Of a stretch of 64,000 bases of DNA, positions 50,770-61,500 are shown piece after piece (the stretch's first letter is position 1; the number at the start of each line of letters is the position of its first letter). Below the pieces are notes generated by a model. It worked only from the letters and a program-made list of their open reading frames with translations. It searched no databases and was not told where the DNA came from. Source of the stretch: Octopus vulgaris (Eukaryota); contig OX597843.1 in the NCBI GenBank assembly GCA_951406725.2, positions 7,440,001-7,504,000 of the forward strand, in the 5' to 3' direction. A program made the position numbers and the translations under genes.

Positions 50770-53700
50770 GGTGGTGAGCTGACAGAAATGTTAGTACGCC
50801 GGGCGAAATGCTTAGCAATATTTTGTCTGCCGCTACGTTCTGAGTTCAAATTTTGTCGAGGTCGACTTTGCCTTTCATCCTTTCGGGGTCGATTAAATAA
50901 GTACCAGTTACGCACTGGGGTTGATATCTGTCCTTGTTTGTCCCCTCTGTGTTTAGCCCCTTGTGGGAAGTAAAGAAATAGGTATTTCATCTGCGGCTAC
51001 GTTTTGAGTTCAGATTCCGTCGAGGTCGAGTTTGCCTTTCATCCTTTCGGAGTCGATAAATTAAGTACCAGTTAAGCACTGGGGCCGATATAATCGACTT
51101 AATCCACTTGTCTGTTCTTGTTTGTCCCCTCTGTGTTTAGCCCCTTGTAGATAGTAAAGAAATAGGTATTTCGTCTGTCTTTACGTTCTGAGTTCAAATT
51201 CTGCTGAGGTTGACTTTGCCTTTCATCCTTTCGGGGTCGATAAAATAAGTACCAGTTACGCACTGGGGCCGATATAATCGACTTAATCCGTTTGTCCCCT
51301 GTGTGTTTAGCCCCTTGTGGGCAGTAAAGAAATAGGTATTTCATCTGCGGCTACGTTCTGAGTTCAGATTCCGCCGAGGTTGACTTTGCCTTTCATCCTT
51401 TCGGGGTCGATAAATTAAGTACCAGTTAAGCACTGGGGTCGATATAATCGACTTAATCCGTTTGTCTGTCCTTGTTTGTTCCCTCTATGTTTAGCCCCTT
51501 GTGGGTAGTAAAGAAATAGGTATTTCGTCTGCGACTATGTTCTGAGTTAAGCACTGGGGTTCGATGTAATCGACTTAATCTGTTTGTCTGTCCTTGTTTG
51601 TCCCCTCTGTGTTTAGCCCCTTGTGGGTAGTAAAGAAATAGTTATTTTGTCTGCGACTATGTTCTGAGTTAAGCACTGGGGTTCGATGTAATCGACTTAA
51701 TCTGTTTGTCTGTCCTTGTTTGTCCCCTCTGTGTTTAGCCCCTTGTGGGTAGTAAAGAAATAGTTATTTCGTCTGCGACTATGTTCTGAGTTAAGCACTG
51801 GGGTTCGATGTAATCGACTTAATCTGTTTGTCTGTCCTTGTTTGTCCTCTCTGTGTTTAGCCCCTTGTGGGTAGTAAAGAAATAGTTATTTCGTCTGCGA
51901 CTATGTTCTGAGTTAAGCACTGGGGTTCGATGTAATCGACTTAATCTGTTTGTCTGTCCTTGTTTGTCCTCTCTGTGTTTAGCCCCTTGTAGGTAGTAAA
52001 GAAATAGTTATTTCGTCTGCGACTATGTTCTGAGTTAAGCACTGGGGTTCGATGTAATCGACTTAATCTGTTTGTCTGTCCTTGTTTGTCCCCTCTGTGT
52101 TTAGCCCCTTGTGGGTAGTAAAGAAATAGTTATTTTGTCTGCGACTATGTTCTGAGTTAAGCACTGGGGTTCGATGTAATCGACTTAATCTGTTTGTCTG
52201 TCCTTGTTTGTCCTCTCTGTGTTTAGCCCCTTGTAGGTAGTAAAGAAATAGTTATTTTGTCTGCGACTATGTTCTGAGTTAAGCACTGGGGTTCGATGTA
52301 ATCGACTTAATCTGTTTGTCTGTCCTTGTTTGTCCCCTCTGTGTTTAGCCCCTTGTGGGTAGTAAAGAAATAGTTATTTCGTCTGCGACTATGTTCTGAG
52401 TTAAGCACTGGGATTCGATGTAATCGACTTAATCTGTTTGTCTGTCCTTGTTTGTCCTCTCTGTGTTTAGCCCATTGTGGATAGTAAAGAAATAGTTATT
52501 TCGCCTGCGACTATGTTCTGAGTTAAGCACTGGGGTTCGATGTAATCGACTTAATCTGTTTGTCTGTCCTTGTTTGTCCTCTCTGTGTTTAGCCCCTTGT
52601 GGATAGTAAAGAAATAGTTATTTCGTCTGCGACTATGTTCTGAGTTAAGCACTGGGGTTCGATGTAATCGACTTAATCTGTTTGTCTGTCCTTGTTTGTC
52701 CCCTCTGTGTTTAGCCCCTTGTGGGTAGTAAAGAAATAGTTATTTTGTCTGCGACTATGTTCTGAGTTAAGCACTGGGGTTCGATGTAATCGACTTAATC
52801 TGTTTGTCTGTCCTTGTTTGTCCCCTCTGTGTTTAGCCCCTTGTGGGTAGTAAAGAAATAGTTATTTCGTCTGCGACTATGTTCTGAGTTAAGCACTGGG
52901 GTTCGATGTAATCGACTTAATCTGTTTGTCTGTCCTTGTTTGTCCTCTCTGTGTTTAGCCCCTTGTGGGTAGTAAAGAAATAGTTATTTCGTCTGCGACT
53001 ATGTTCTGAGTTAAGCACTGGGGTTCGATGTAATCGACTTAATCTGTTTGTCTGTCCTTGTTTGTCCTCTCTGTGTTTAGCCCCTTGTAGGTAGTAAAGA
53101 AATAGTTATTTCGTCTGCGACTATGTTCTGAGTTAAGCACTGGGGTTCGATGTAATCGACTTAATCTGTTTGTCTGTCCTTGTTTGTCCTCTCTGTGTTT
53201 AGCCCCTTGTAGGTAGTAAAGAAATAGTTATTTTGTCTGCGACTATGTTCTGAGTTAAGCACTGGGGTCTGATGTAATCGACTTAATCTGTTTGTCTGTC
53301 CTTGTTTGTCCCCTCTGTGTTTAGCCCCTTGTGGGTAGTAAAGAAATAGTTATTTCGTCTGCGACTATGTTCTGAGTTAAGCACTGGGGTTCGATGTAAT
53401 CGACTTAATCTGTTTGTCTGTCCTTGTTTGTCCTCTCTGTGTTTAGCCCCTTGTGGATAGTAAAGAAATAGTTATTTCGTCTGCGACTATGTTCTGAGTT
53501 AAGCACTGGGGTTCGATGTAATCGACTTAATCTGTTTGTCTGTCCTTGTTTGTCCTCTCTGTGTTTAGCCCCTTGTGGATAGTAAAGAAATAGTTATTTC
53601 GTCTGCGACTATGTTCTGAGTTAAGCACTGGGGTTCGATGTAATCGACTTAATCTGTTTGTCTGTCCTTGTTTGTCCCCTCTGTGTTTAGCCCTTTGTAG

Positions 53701-54080
53701 GTAGTAAAGAAATAGTTATTTTGTCTGCGACTATGTTCTGAGTTAAGCACTGGGGTTCGATGTAATCGACTTAATCTGTTTGTCTGTCCTTGTTTGTCCC
53801 CTCTGTGTTTAGCCCCTTGTGGGTAGTAAAGAAATAGTTATTTCGTCTGCGACTATGTTCTGAGTTAAGCACTGGGGTTCGATGTAATCGACTTAATCTG
53901 TTTGTCTGTCCTTGTTTGTCCTCTCTGTGTTTAGCCCCTTGTGGATAGTAAAGAAATAGTTATTTCGTCTGCGACTATGTTCTGAGTTAAGCACTGGGGT
54001 TCGATGTAATCGACTTAATCTGTTTGTCTGTCCTTGTTTGTCCCCTCTGTGTTTAGCCCCTTGTGGGTAGTAAAGAAATA
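50770..54080 (+). repeat. SINE family B-derived array: a few 170-190 bp units, then about 21 units of 122 bp
   Basis: Head GGTGAGCTGACAGAAATGTTAG, core GCCTTTCATCCTTTCGGGGTCGAT; period measured 51541, 51663, 51785. Confidence 0.92.
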
Positions 54081-54277
54081 AGAAGTGGTTGCAGAGGTGT
54101 TACTGCTGATGATGATGGTGATGATGATGGTTTTGATGATTGCTATAATGATGATCATGATTATGATAGTGATTATGATGGTGATTGTGATGGCCATGGT
54201 GATGATTGTAGCTATTATAATGTTGACGATAACGATGATGATAATTAACAATAACGATGGCTGTTTTATATTTTCAG

Positions 54278-54353
54278 TTCACAAGTGAAATCTGGGATCA
54301 CTTGACAGAGGAACAGGTGAACGACAGCGTGTTCCTGAAGCGATGGCTAATAG
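54278..54353 (+). CDS. Exon of SEC14-like gene, CRAL-TRIO N-terminal domain (FTSEIWDHLTEEQVNDSVFLKRWLI)
   Basis: TTTTCAG acceptor, G|GTAAGG donor, 76 nt, phase 0-1; D..FL.RWL motif. Confidence 0.93.
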
Positions 54354-54540
54354 GTAAGGTGTTCAATTTCAGGGTCTTGGCTACAGTAAACCCTGGGGTG
54401 GTACAAGCAGGTTAGCAGAAGGGCTGGGAAGGATTACCCCCTCAAATGCCAAACATCATCTTCCATTAGAGAATAGTTGATTTTCTCAGTTGATGTTTAA
54501 TTAGCCATTTAGTATTTGCACATTTGTTGCAATTAATCAC

Positions 54541-54706
54541 AGGTGTAAGAGTGGCTGTGTGGTAAGTAGCTTGCTTACTAGCCTCATGGTTCCGGGTTCA
54601 GTCCCACTGCATGGCACCTTGGGCAAGTGTCTTCTACTATAGCCTCGGGCCGACCAAAGCCTTGTGAGTGGATTTGGTAGACGGAAACTGAAAGAAGCAC
54701 GTCGTA

Positions 54707-54753
<47 letters not shown>

Positions 54754-54916
54754 GTAGGAGTGGCTGTGTGGTAAGTAGCTTGCTTACCAACCACATGGTT
54801 CCGGGTTCAGTCCCACTGCATGGCACCTTGGGCAAGTGTCTTCTACCATAGCCTCGGGCCGACCAAAGCCTTGTGAGTGGATTTGGTAGACGGAAACTGA
54901 AAGAATCCCGTATATA

Positions 54917-54986
<70 letters not shown>

Positions 54987-55580
54987 TGCAGGAGTGGCTG
55001 TGTGGTAAGTAGCTTGCTTACCAACCACATGGTTCCGGGTTCAGTCCCACTGCGTGTCACCTTGGGCAAGTGTCTTCTACTATAGCCTCGGGCCGACCAA
55101 AGCCTTGTGAGTGGATTTGGTAGACGGAAACTGAAAGAAGCCTGTCGTATATATGTATATATATATATATATATAGGTGCAGGAGTGGCTGTGTGGTAAG
55201 TAGCTTGCTTACCAACCACATGGTTCCGGGTTCAGTCCCACTGCGTGTCACATTGGGCAAGTGTCTTCTACTATAGCCTCGGGCAGACCAAAGCCTTGTG
55301 AGTGGATTTGGTAGACGGAAACTGAAAGAAGCCCTTTGTATATGTGTGTGTGTGTGTATATGTATGTGTGTCTGTGTTTGTGTCCCCCCCCAACATCACT
55401 TGACAACTGATACTGGTGTGTTTACGTCCCCGTAACTTAGCAGTTCGGCAAAAAGAAACCGATAGAATAAGTACTAGGCTTACAAAGAATAAGTCCTGGG
55501 GTCGACTAAAGGCGGTGCTCCAGCATGGCCTCGATCAAATGACTGAAACGAGTAAAAGAGTAAAGAGAGTAAAGAGTAAA
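54541..55580 (+). mobile_element. Four tandem SINE A 5' halves separated by (TA)n, the last continuing into a full element
   Basis: AGGTG.A.GAGTGGCTGTGTGG heads near 54541, 54750, 54984 and 55155. Confidence 0.92.
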
Positions 55581-55821
55581 GTTTTGTTTTCTACCAAATC
55601 CACTCGCAAGGCTTTGGTCGGCCCGAGGCTATAGTAGAAGACACTTGCCCAAGGTGTCACGCAGTGGGACTGAACCTAGAACCATGTGGTTGGTAAGCAA
55701 GCTACTTACCACACATATAACATGAAATTGTGCTAAAAAATTCAAACTCGGATTGCTTTAAACTACAAATTTGTATCAAAGAACTGGTGATGGTTTCGTG
55801 TGGGTTGGTATAAAAAAGGTT

Positions 55822-56042
55822 ACTCTTTACTCTTTTACTTGTTTCAGTCATTTGACTGCGGCCATGCTGGAGCACCGCCTTTAGTCGAGCAAATCGACCC
55901 CGGGACTTATTCTTTGTAAGCCCAGTACTTATTCTATCGGTGTCTTTTGCTGAACCGCTAAGTGACGGGGACGTAAACACACCAACATCGGTTGTCAAGC
56001 AATGCTAGGGGGACAAACAAAGACATACAAACACGTACACGC

Positions 56043-56075
<33 letters not shown>

Positions 56076-56408
56076 TATACGACAGGCTTCTTTCAGTTTC
56101 CGTCTACCAAATCCACTCACAAGGCATTGGTCGGCCCGGGGCTATAGCAGAAGACACTTGCCCAAGATGTCACGCAGTGGGACTGAACCCGGAACCATGT
56201 GGTTGGTTAGCTAGCTACTTACCACACAGCCATACACATATATACGACAGGCTTCTTTCAGTTTCCGTCTACCAAATCCAATCACAAGGCATTGGTCGGC
56301 CCGGGGCTATAGCAGAAGATACTTGCCCAAGATGCCACGCAGTGGGACTGAACCCGGAACCATGTGGTTGGTTAGCAAGCTACTTACCACACAGCCACTC
56401 CTGCACCT
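55822..56408 (-). mobile_element. SINE A with duplicated head (another head fragment at 55585-55715)
   Basis: Reverse-complement match to family A; head repeated at 56243-56408. Confidence 0.9.
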
Positions 56409-56616
56409 TATGGGAAAAGGAAATTTTTATTGCTCTTTGCCCGTTTTGACCACACATGCATGCAGCCCTTTCCTGCCATTCGAGGGTTAGCTTTGTTATT
56501 GCTGTTCTGTTTTAGCCCCAAGTGGATCATGAGTGACCTGGGGTTAAGCAGCATCTGCACCATTCTGACCATCCACCTCTAACCCCTAATGTTTTTGACC
56601 TTTCTTTCTATTCCAG

Positions 56617-56660
56617 CTCGGCAGTTCGATGTTGCCCAAGCTGTGGAGATGTTCCTAAAG
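56617..56660 (+). CDS. Exon of SEC14-like gene ((A)RQFDVAQAVEMFLK)
   Basis: TTCTATTCCAG acceptor, AAG|GTGAGT donor, 44 nt, phase 1-0; completes RWLIARQFDV..A.EM, the CRAL-TRIO-N signature. Confidence 0.93.
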
Positions 56661-57040
56661 GTGAGTTACCTGTGTATATATATAAATTTAAAATTTAATA
56701 AGGGTAGAAATTGATTAATCAATTAATCAATTAAAACCAGTGGCCCAGCATATTAAAAAAATCCAAAGATTAAAATATTTTTACATACAAAATTTAAAGG
56801 ACTGACCACTAAAAGTGGACAGTCAACATGCTAGATATAGACGTCAAAAATCGCTGACAATTAGTGAATTATGTGTGGAATATATTGGCAGAGAAAAGGT
56901 TATTCTATGAAGTCTAGAATATTCTGGATCATTAGAGAGAATTTCTGGGAATATAAAAATTAGTCAGGACAATTATTTCATAGCAACACCTTCTTTCTAC
57001 AAGCTGTAAATGGAGATGCAAATATATATATATATATGTA

Positions 57041-57069
<29 letters not shown>

Positions 57070-57071
<2 letters not shown>

Positions 57072-57624
57072 GTAAAAGCACCATCCGCTCGTGTCCGTTG
57101 CCAGCCTCGCCTGGCCCCCGTGCTGGTTGCACGTAAAAACACCATCCGTTCGTGGCCGTTTGCCAGCCTCGCCTGGCCCCTGTGCCGGTAGCACGTAAAA
57201 GCACCATCCATTCGTGTCCGTTGCCAGCCTCGCCTGGCCCCTGTGCCAGTAGCACGTAAAAGCACCATCCGTTCATGTCCGTTGCCAGCCTCGCCTGGCC
57301 CCCGTGCCGGTAGCATGTAAAAGCACCATCCGTTCGTGTCCGTTGCCAGCCTAGCCTGGCCCCCGTGCTGGTGGCACGTAAAAACACCATCCGTTTGTGG
57401 CCGTTTGCCAGCTCCGTCTGGCACCTGTGCAGGTGGCTCGTAAAAAGCACCCACTACACTCACGGAGTGGTTGGCGTTAGGAAGGGCATCCAGCCGTAGA
57501 AACACTGCCAAATCTGACTGGGCCTGATGAAGCCTTCTGGCTTCACAGACCCCAGTTAAACCGTCCAACCCATGCTAGCATGGAAAATGGACGCTAAATG
57601 ATGATGATGATGATGATGATGATG
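57070..57624 (+). mobile_element. SINE-like retroposon, family D, internal 61-62 bp VNTR (about 6 units), (GAT)n tail
   Basis: GTAAAAGCACCATCC repeats followed by the shared 3' domain. Confidence 0.85.
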
Positions 57625-57813
57625 AATGTGTTCTCAAATAAAAACTTAGCACAAACCAAAGCATTAAAAATAAGCAAGACAAATGAAAATACACGAAATA
57701 AAAATGATTACCCATGTACCGATCAGTTTCGACTGTTAATATCCGCAAGGATAAACTGCAATCTCGTCAGCATGGTCTGTCACATATATATATATGTGTG
57801 TGTGTGTGTGTGA

Positions 57814-60562
57814 AGGCGGTGAGCTGGCAGAAACGTTAGCATGCCGGGCGAAATGCGTAGCCGTATTTCGTCTGCCGTTACGTTCTGAGTTGAAATTCCG
57901 CCGAGATTGACTTTGCCTTTCATCCATTCGGGGTCGATTAAATAAAGTACCAGTTATGCACTGGGATCAATGTAATCGACTTAATCCGTGTGTCTGTCCT
58001 TGTTTGTCCCCTCTGTATTTAGCCCCTTGTAGGGCTGGTAAAGAAATAGGTATTTCGTCTGTCTTTACGTTCTGAGTTCAAATTCCACCGAGGTCGACTT
58101 TGCCTTTCATCCTTTCGGGGTCGATAAATTAAGTACCAGTTATGCACTGGGGTCGATCTAATTGACTTAATCCATTTGTCTGTCCTTGTTCATCCCCTCA
58201 AATTCTGCCGAGGTCGACTTTGCCTTTCATCCTTTCGGGGTCGATAAAGTAAGTACCAGTTACGCACTTGGGTTCGATATAATCAACTTAATCCGTTTAA
58301 CTGTCCTTCTTTGTCCACTCTATGTCTATCTCCTTGTGGGAAGTAAAGAAATAGGTATGTCATCTGCCGTTATGTTCTGAGTTCAAATTCTGCCGGGGTC
58401 GACTTTGCCTTTCATCCTTTCGGGGTTGATAAATTAAGTACCAGTTAAGCACTGGGGCCGATATAATTGACTTAATCCGTTTGTCTGTCCTTGTTCGTCC
58501 CCTCTGTGTTTAGCCCCTTGTGGGTAGTAAAGAAATCGGTATTTCATCTGCCGCTATGTTCTGAGTTCAAATTCTGCCGAGGTCGACTTTGCCTTTCATC
58601 CTTTCGGGGTCGATAAAGTAAGTACCAGTTACGCACTTGGGTTCGATATAATCAACTTAATCCGTTTAACTGTCCTTCTTTGTCCACTCTATGTCTATCT
58701 CCTTGTGGGAAGTAAAGAAATAGGTATGTCATCTGCCGTTATGTTCTGAGTTCAAATTCTGCCGGGGTCGACTTTGCCTTTCATCCTTTCGGGGTTGATA
58801 AATTAAGTACCAGTTAAGCACTGGGGCCGATATAATTGACTTAATCCGTTTGTCTGTCCTTGTTCGTCCCCTCTGTGTTTAGCCCCTTGTGGGTAGTAAA
58901 GAAATCGGTATTTCATCTGCCGCTATGTTCTGAGTTCAAATTCTGCCGAGGTCGACTTTGCCTTTCATCCTTTCGGGGTCGATAAAGTAAGTACCAGTTA
59001 CGCACTTGGGTTCGATATAATCAACTTAATCCGTTTAACTGTCCTTCTTTGTCCACTCTATGTCTATCTCCTTGTGGGAAGTAAAGAAATAGGTATGTCA
59101 TCTGCCGTTATGTTCTGAGTTCAAATTCTGCCGGGGTCGACTTTGCCTTTCATCCTTTTGGGGTTGATAAATTAAGTACCAGTTATGCACTGGGGCCGAT
59201 ATAATTGACTTAATCCGTTTGTCTGTCCTTGTTCATCCCCTCTGTGTTTAGCCCCTTGTGGGTAGTAAAGAAATCGGTATTTCATCTGCCGCTATGTTCT
59301 GAGTTCAAATTCTGCCGAGGTCGACTTTGCCTTTCATCCTTTCGGGGTCGATAAAGTAAGTACCAGTTACGCACTTGTGTTCGATATAATCAACTTAATC
59401 CGTTTAACTGTCCTTCTTTGTCCACTCTATGTCTATCTCCTTGTGGGAAGTAAAGAAATAGGTATGTCATCTGCTGTTATGTTCTGAGTTTAAATTCTGC
59501 CGGGGTCGACTTTGCCTTTCATCCTTTCGGGGTTGATAAATTAAGTACCAGTTAAGCGCTGGGGCCGATATAATTGACTTAATCCGTTTGTCTGTCCTTG
59601 TTCGTCCCCTCTGTGTTTAGCCCCTTGTGGGTAGTAAAGAAATCGGTATTTCATCTGCCGCTATGTTCTGAGTTCAAATTCTGCCGAGGTCGACTTTGCC
59701 TTTCATCCTTTCGGGTCGATAAAGTAAGTACCAGTTACGCACTTGGGTTCGATATAATCAACTTAATCCGTTTAACTGTCCTTCTTTGTCCACTCTATGT
59801 CTATCTCCTTGTGGGAAGTAAAGAAATAGGTATGTCATCTGCTGTTATGTTCTGAGTTCAAATTCTGCCGGGGTCGACTTTGCCTTTCATCCTTTCGGGA
59901 TCGATAAATTAAGTACCAGTTATGCACTGGGGTCGATCTAATTGACTTAATCCATTTGTCTGTCCTTGTTTGTCCCCTCTGTGTTTAGCCCCTTGTGGGT
60001 AGTAAAGAAATCGGTATTTCATCTGCCGCTACATTCTGAGTTCAAATTCTGCCGAGGTCGACTTTGCCTTTCATCCTTTCGGGGTCGATAAATTAAGTAC
60101 CAGTTATGCACTGGGGTTCATCTAATTGACTTAATCCGTTTGTCTGTCTTTGTTCGTCCCCTCTGTGTTTAGCCCCTTGTGGGTAGTAAAGAAATCGGTA
60201 TTTCATCTGCCGCTATGTTCTGAGTTCAAATTCTGCCGAGGTCGACTTTGCCTTTCATCCTTTTGGGGTCGATAAATTAAGTACCAGTTATGCACTGGGA
60301 TCGATCTAATTGACTTAATCCATTTGTCTGTCCTTGTTTGTCCCCTCTGTGTTTAGCCCCTTGTGGGTAGTAAAGAAATCGGTATTTCATCTGCCGCTAT
60401 GTTCTGAGTTCAAATTCTGCCGGGGTCGACTTTGCCTTTCATCCTTTCGGGGTCGATAAATTAAGTACCAGTTAAGCACTGGGGCCGATATAATTGACTT
60501 AATCCGTTTGTCTGTCCTTGTTCGTCCCCTCTGTGTTTAGCCCCTTGTGGGTAGTAAAGAAA
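57814..60562 (+). repeat. SINE family B-derived array of about 185-bp monomers with a 369-bp dimeric higher-order repeat
   Basis: AATTCTGCCGAGGTCGAC recurs at 58201, 58570, 58939, 59308 and 59677. Confidence 0.92.
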
Positions 60563-60606
<44 letters not shown>

Positions 60607-60787
60607 TCAGTTCAAATAAAAAACAAACAATTCAAATAAATGAATAATAAAATAAAAAAAAACAAATGTGAGGATGTGCACAAGAAATGCATTCGTTTGA
60701 ACTTCGATGAAAGGAGAGAGTTTGACGTTTCAAGCATAGCTCTTTGTCGGAAAGGAGAAAGGGAAAAGTCCAAAGATGGAAAAAAAA

Positions 60788-61419
60788 TTTCTATACTCGA
60801 AGAATTTTGGTATTGGTCTGGAATCCAACAGTGTTGATAGCCCAGCACTCAGGTTGACCGCTCCATTGGGAATACCCTACTAGGGCTCTATACATGCATA
60901 CCTACATGCATACAGCAATGTAACTACATGTGTGTCATTGGAAATTTTTTTTCCATCTTTGGAGTCTGGCGCAGCCATCTGGTTCACCAGTCCTCGGTCA
61001 AAATCGTCCAACCCATGCTAACATGGAAAGCGGACGTTAAACGATGATGATGATGAGGAGGAGGATTTACCCATTGCTACACCCACACAATAGCTTTACC
61101 ATCATTTCCAATGACACACATGTAGTTACATTGCTGTATGCATGTAGGTATGCATGTATAGAGCCCTAGTAGGGTATTCCCAATGGAGCGGTCAACCTGA
61201 GTGCTGGGCTATCAACACTGTTGGATTCCAGACCAATACCAAAATTCTTCGAGTATAGAAAATCCTGGTTTCATGATGGTAAAGCTATTGTGTGGGTGTA
61301 GCAATGGGTAAATCCTCCTCCTCCTCATCATCATCGTTTAACGTTAGCTTTCCATGTTAGCATGGGTTGGACGATTTTGACCGAGGACTGGTGAACCAGA
61401 TGGCTGCGCCAGACTCCAA
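60788..61419. repeat. Interleaved inverted duplication A-B-A'-B'
   Basis: 60788-60945 is the reverse complement of 61104-61261; 60959-61105 is the reverse complement of 61273-61419. Confidence 0.92.
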
Positions 61420-61500
61420 TGTGATCTGGCAGAGTTTCTACAGCTGGATGCCCTTCCTAACACCAACCATTCCGAGAGTGTAGTGGGTGCTCTTTACATG
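61318..61500 (-). mobile_element. 3' part of a family D retroposon leading into the 68-bp satellite
   Basis: (CAT)n, TTTCCATGTTAGCATGG, GTTTCTACAGCTGGATGCCCTTCCTAAC. Confidence 0.85.

Noticed and set aside
50553-50777. 74-aa ORF in non-repetitive sequence
   Set aside because: No recognisable motif; phase-0 readings from nearby acceptors hit stops or lack a good donor.
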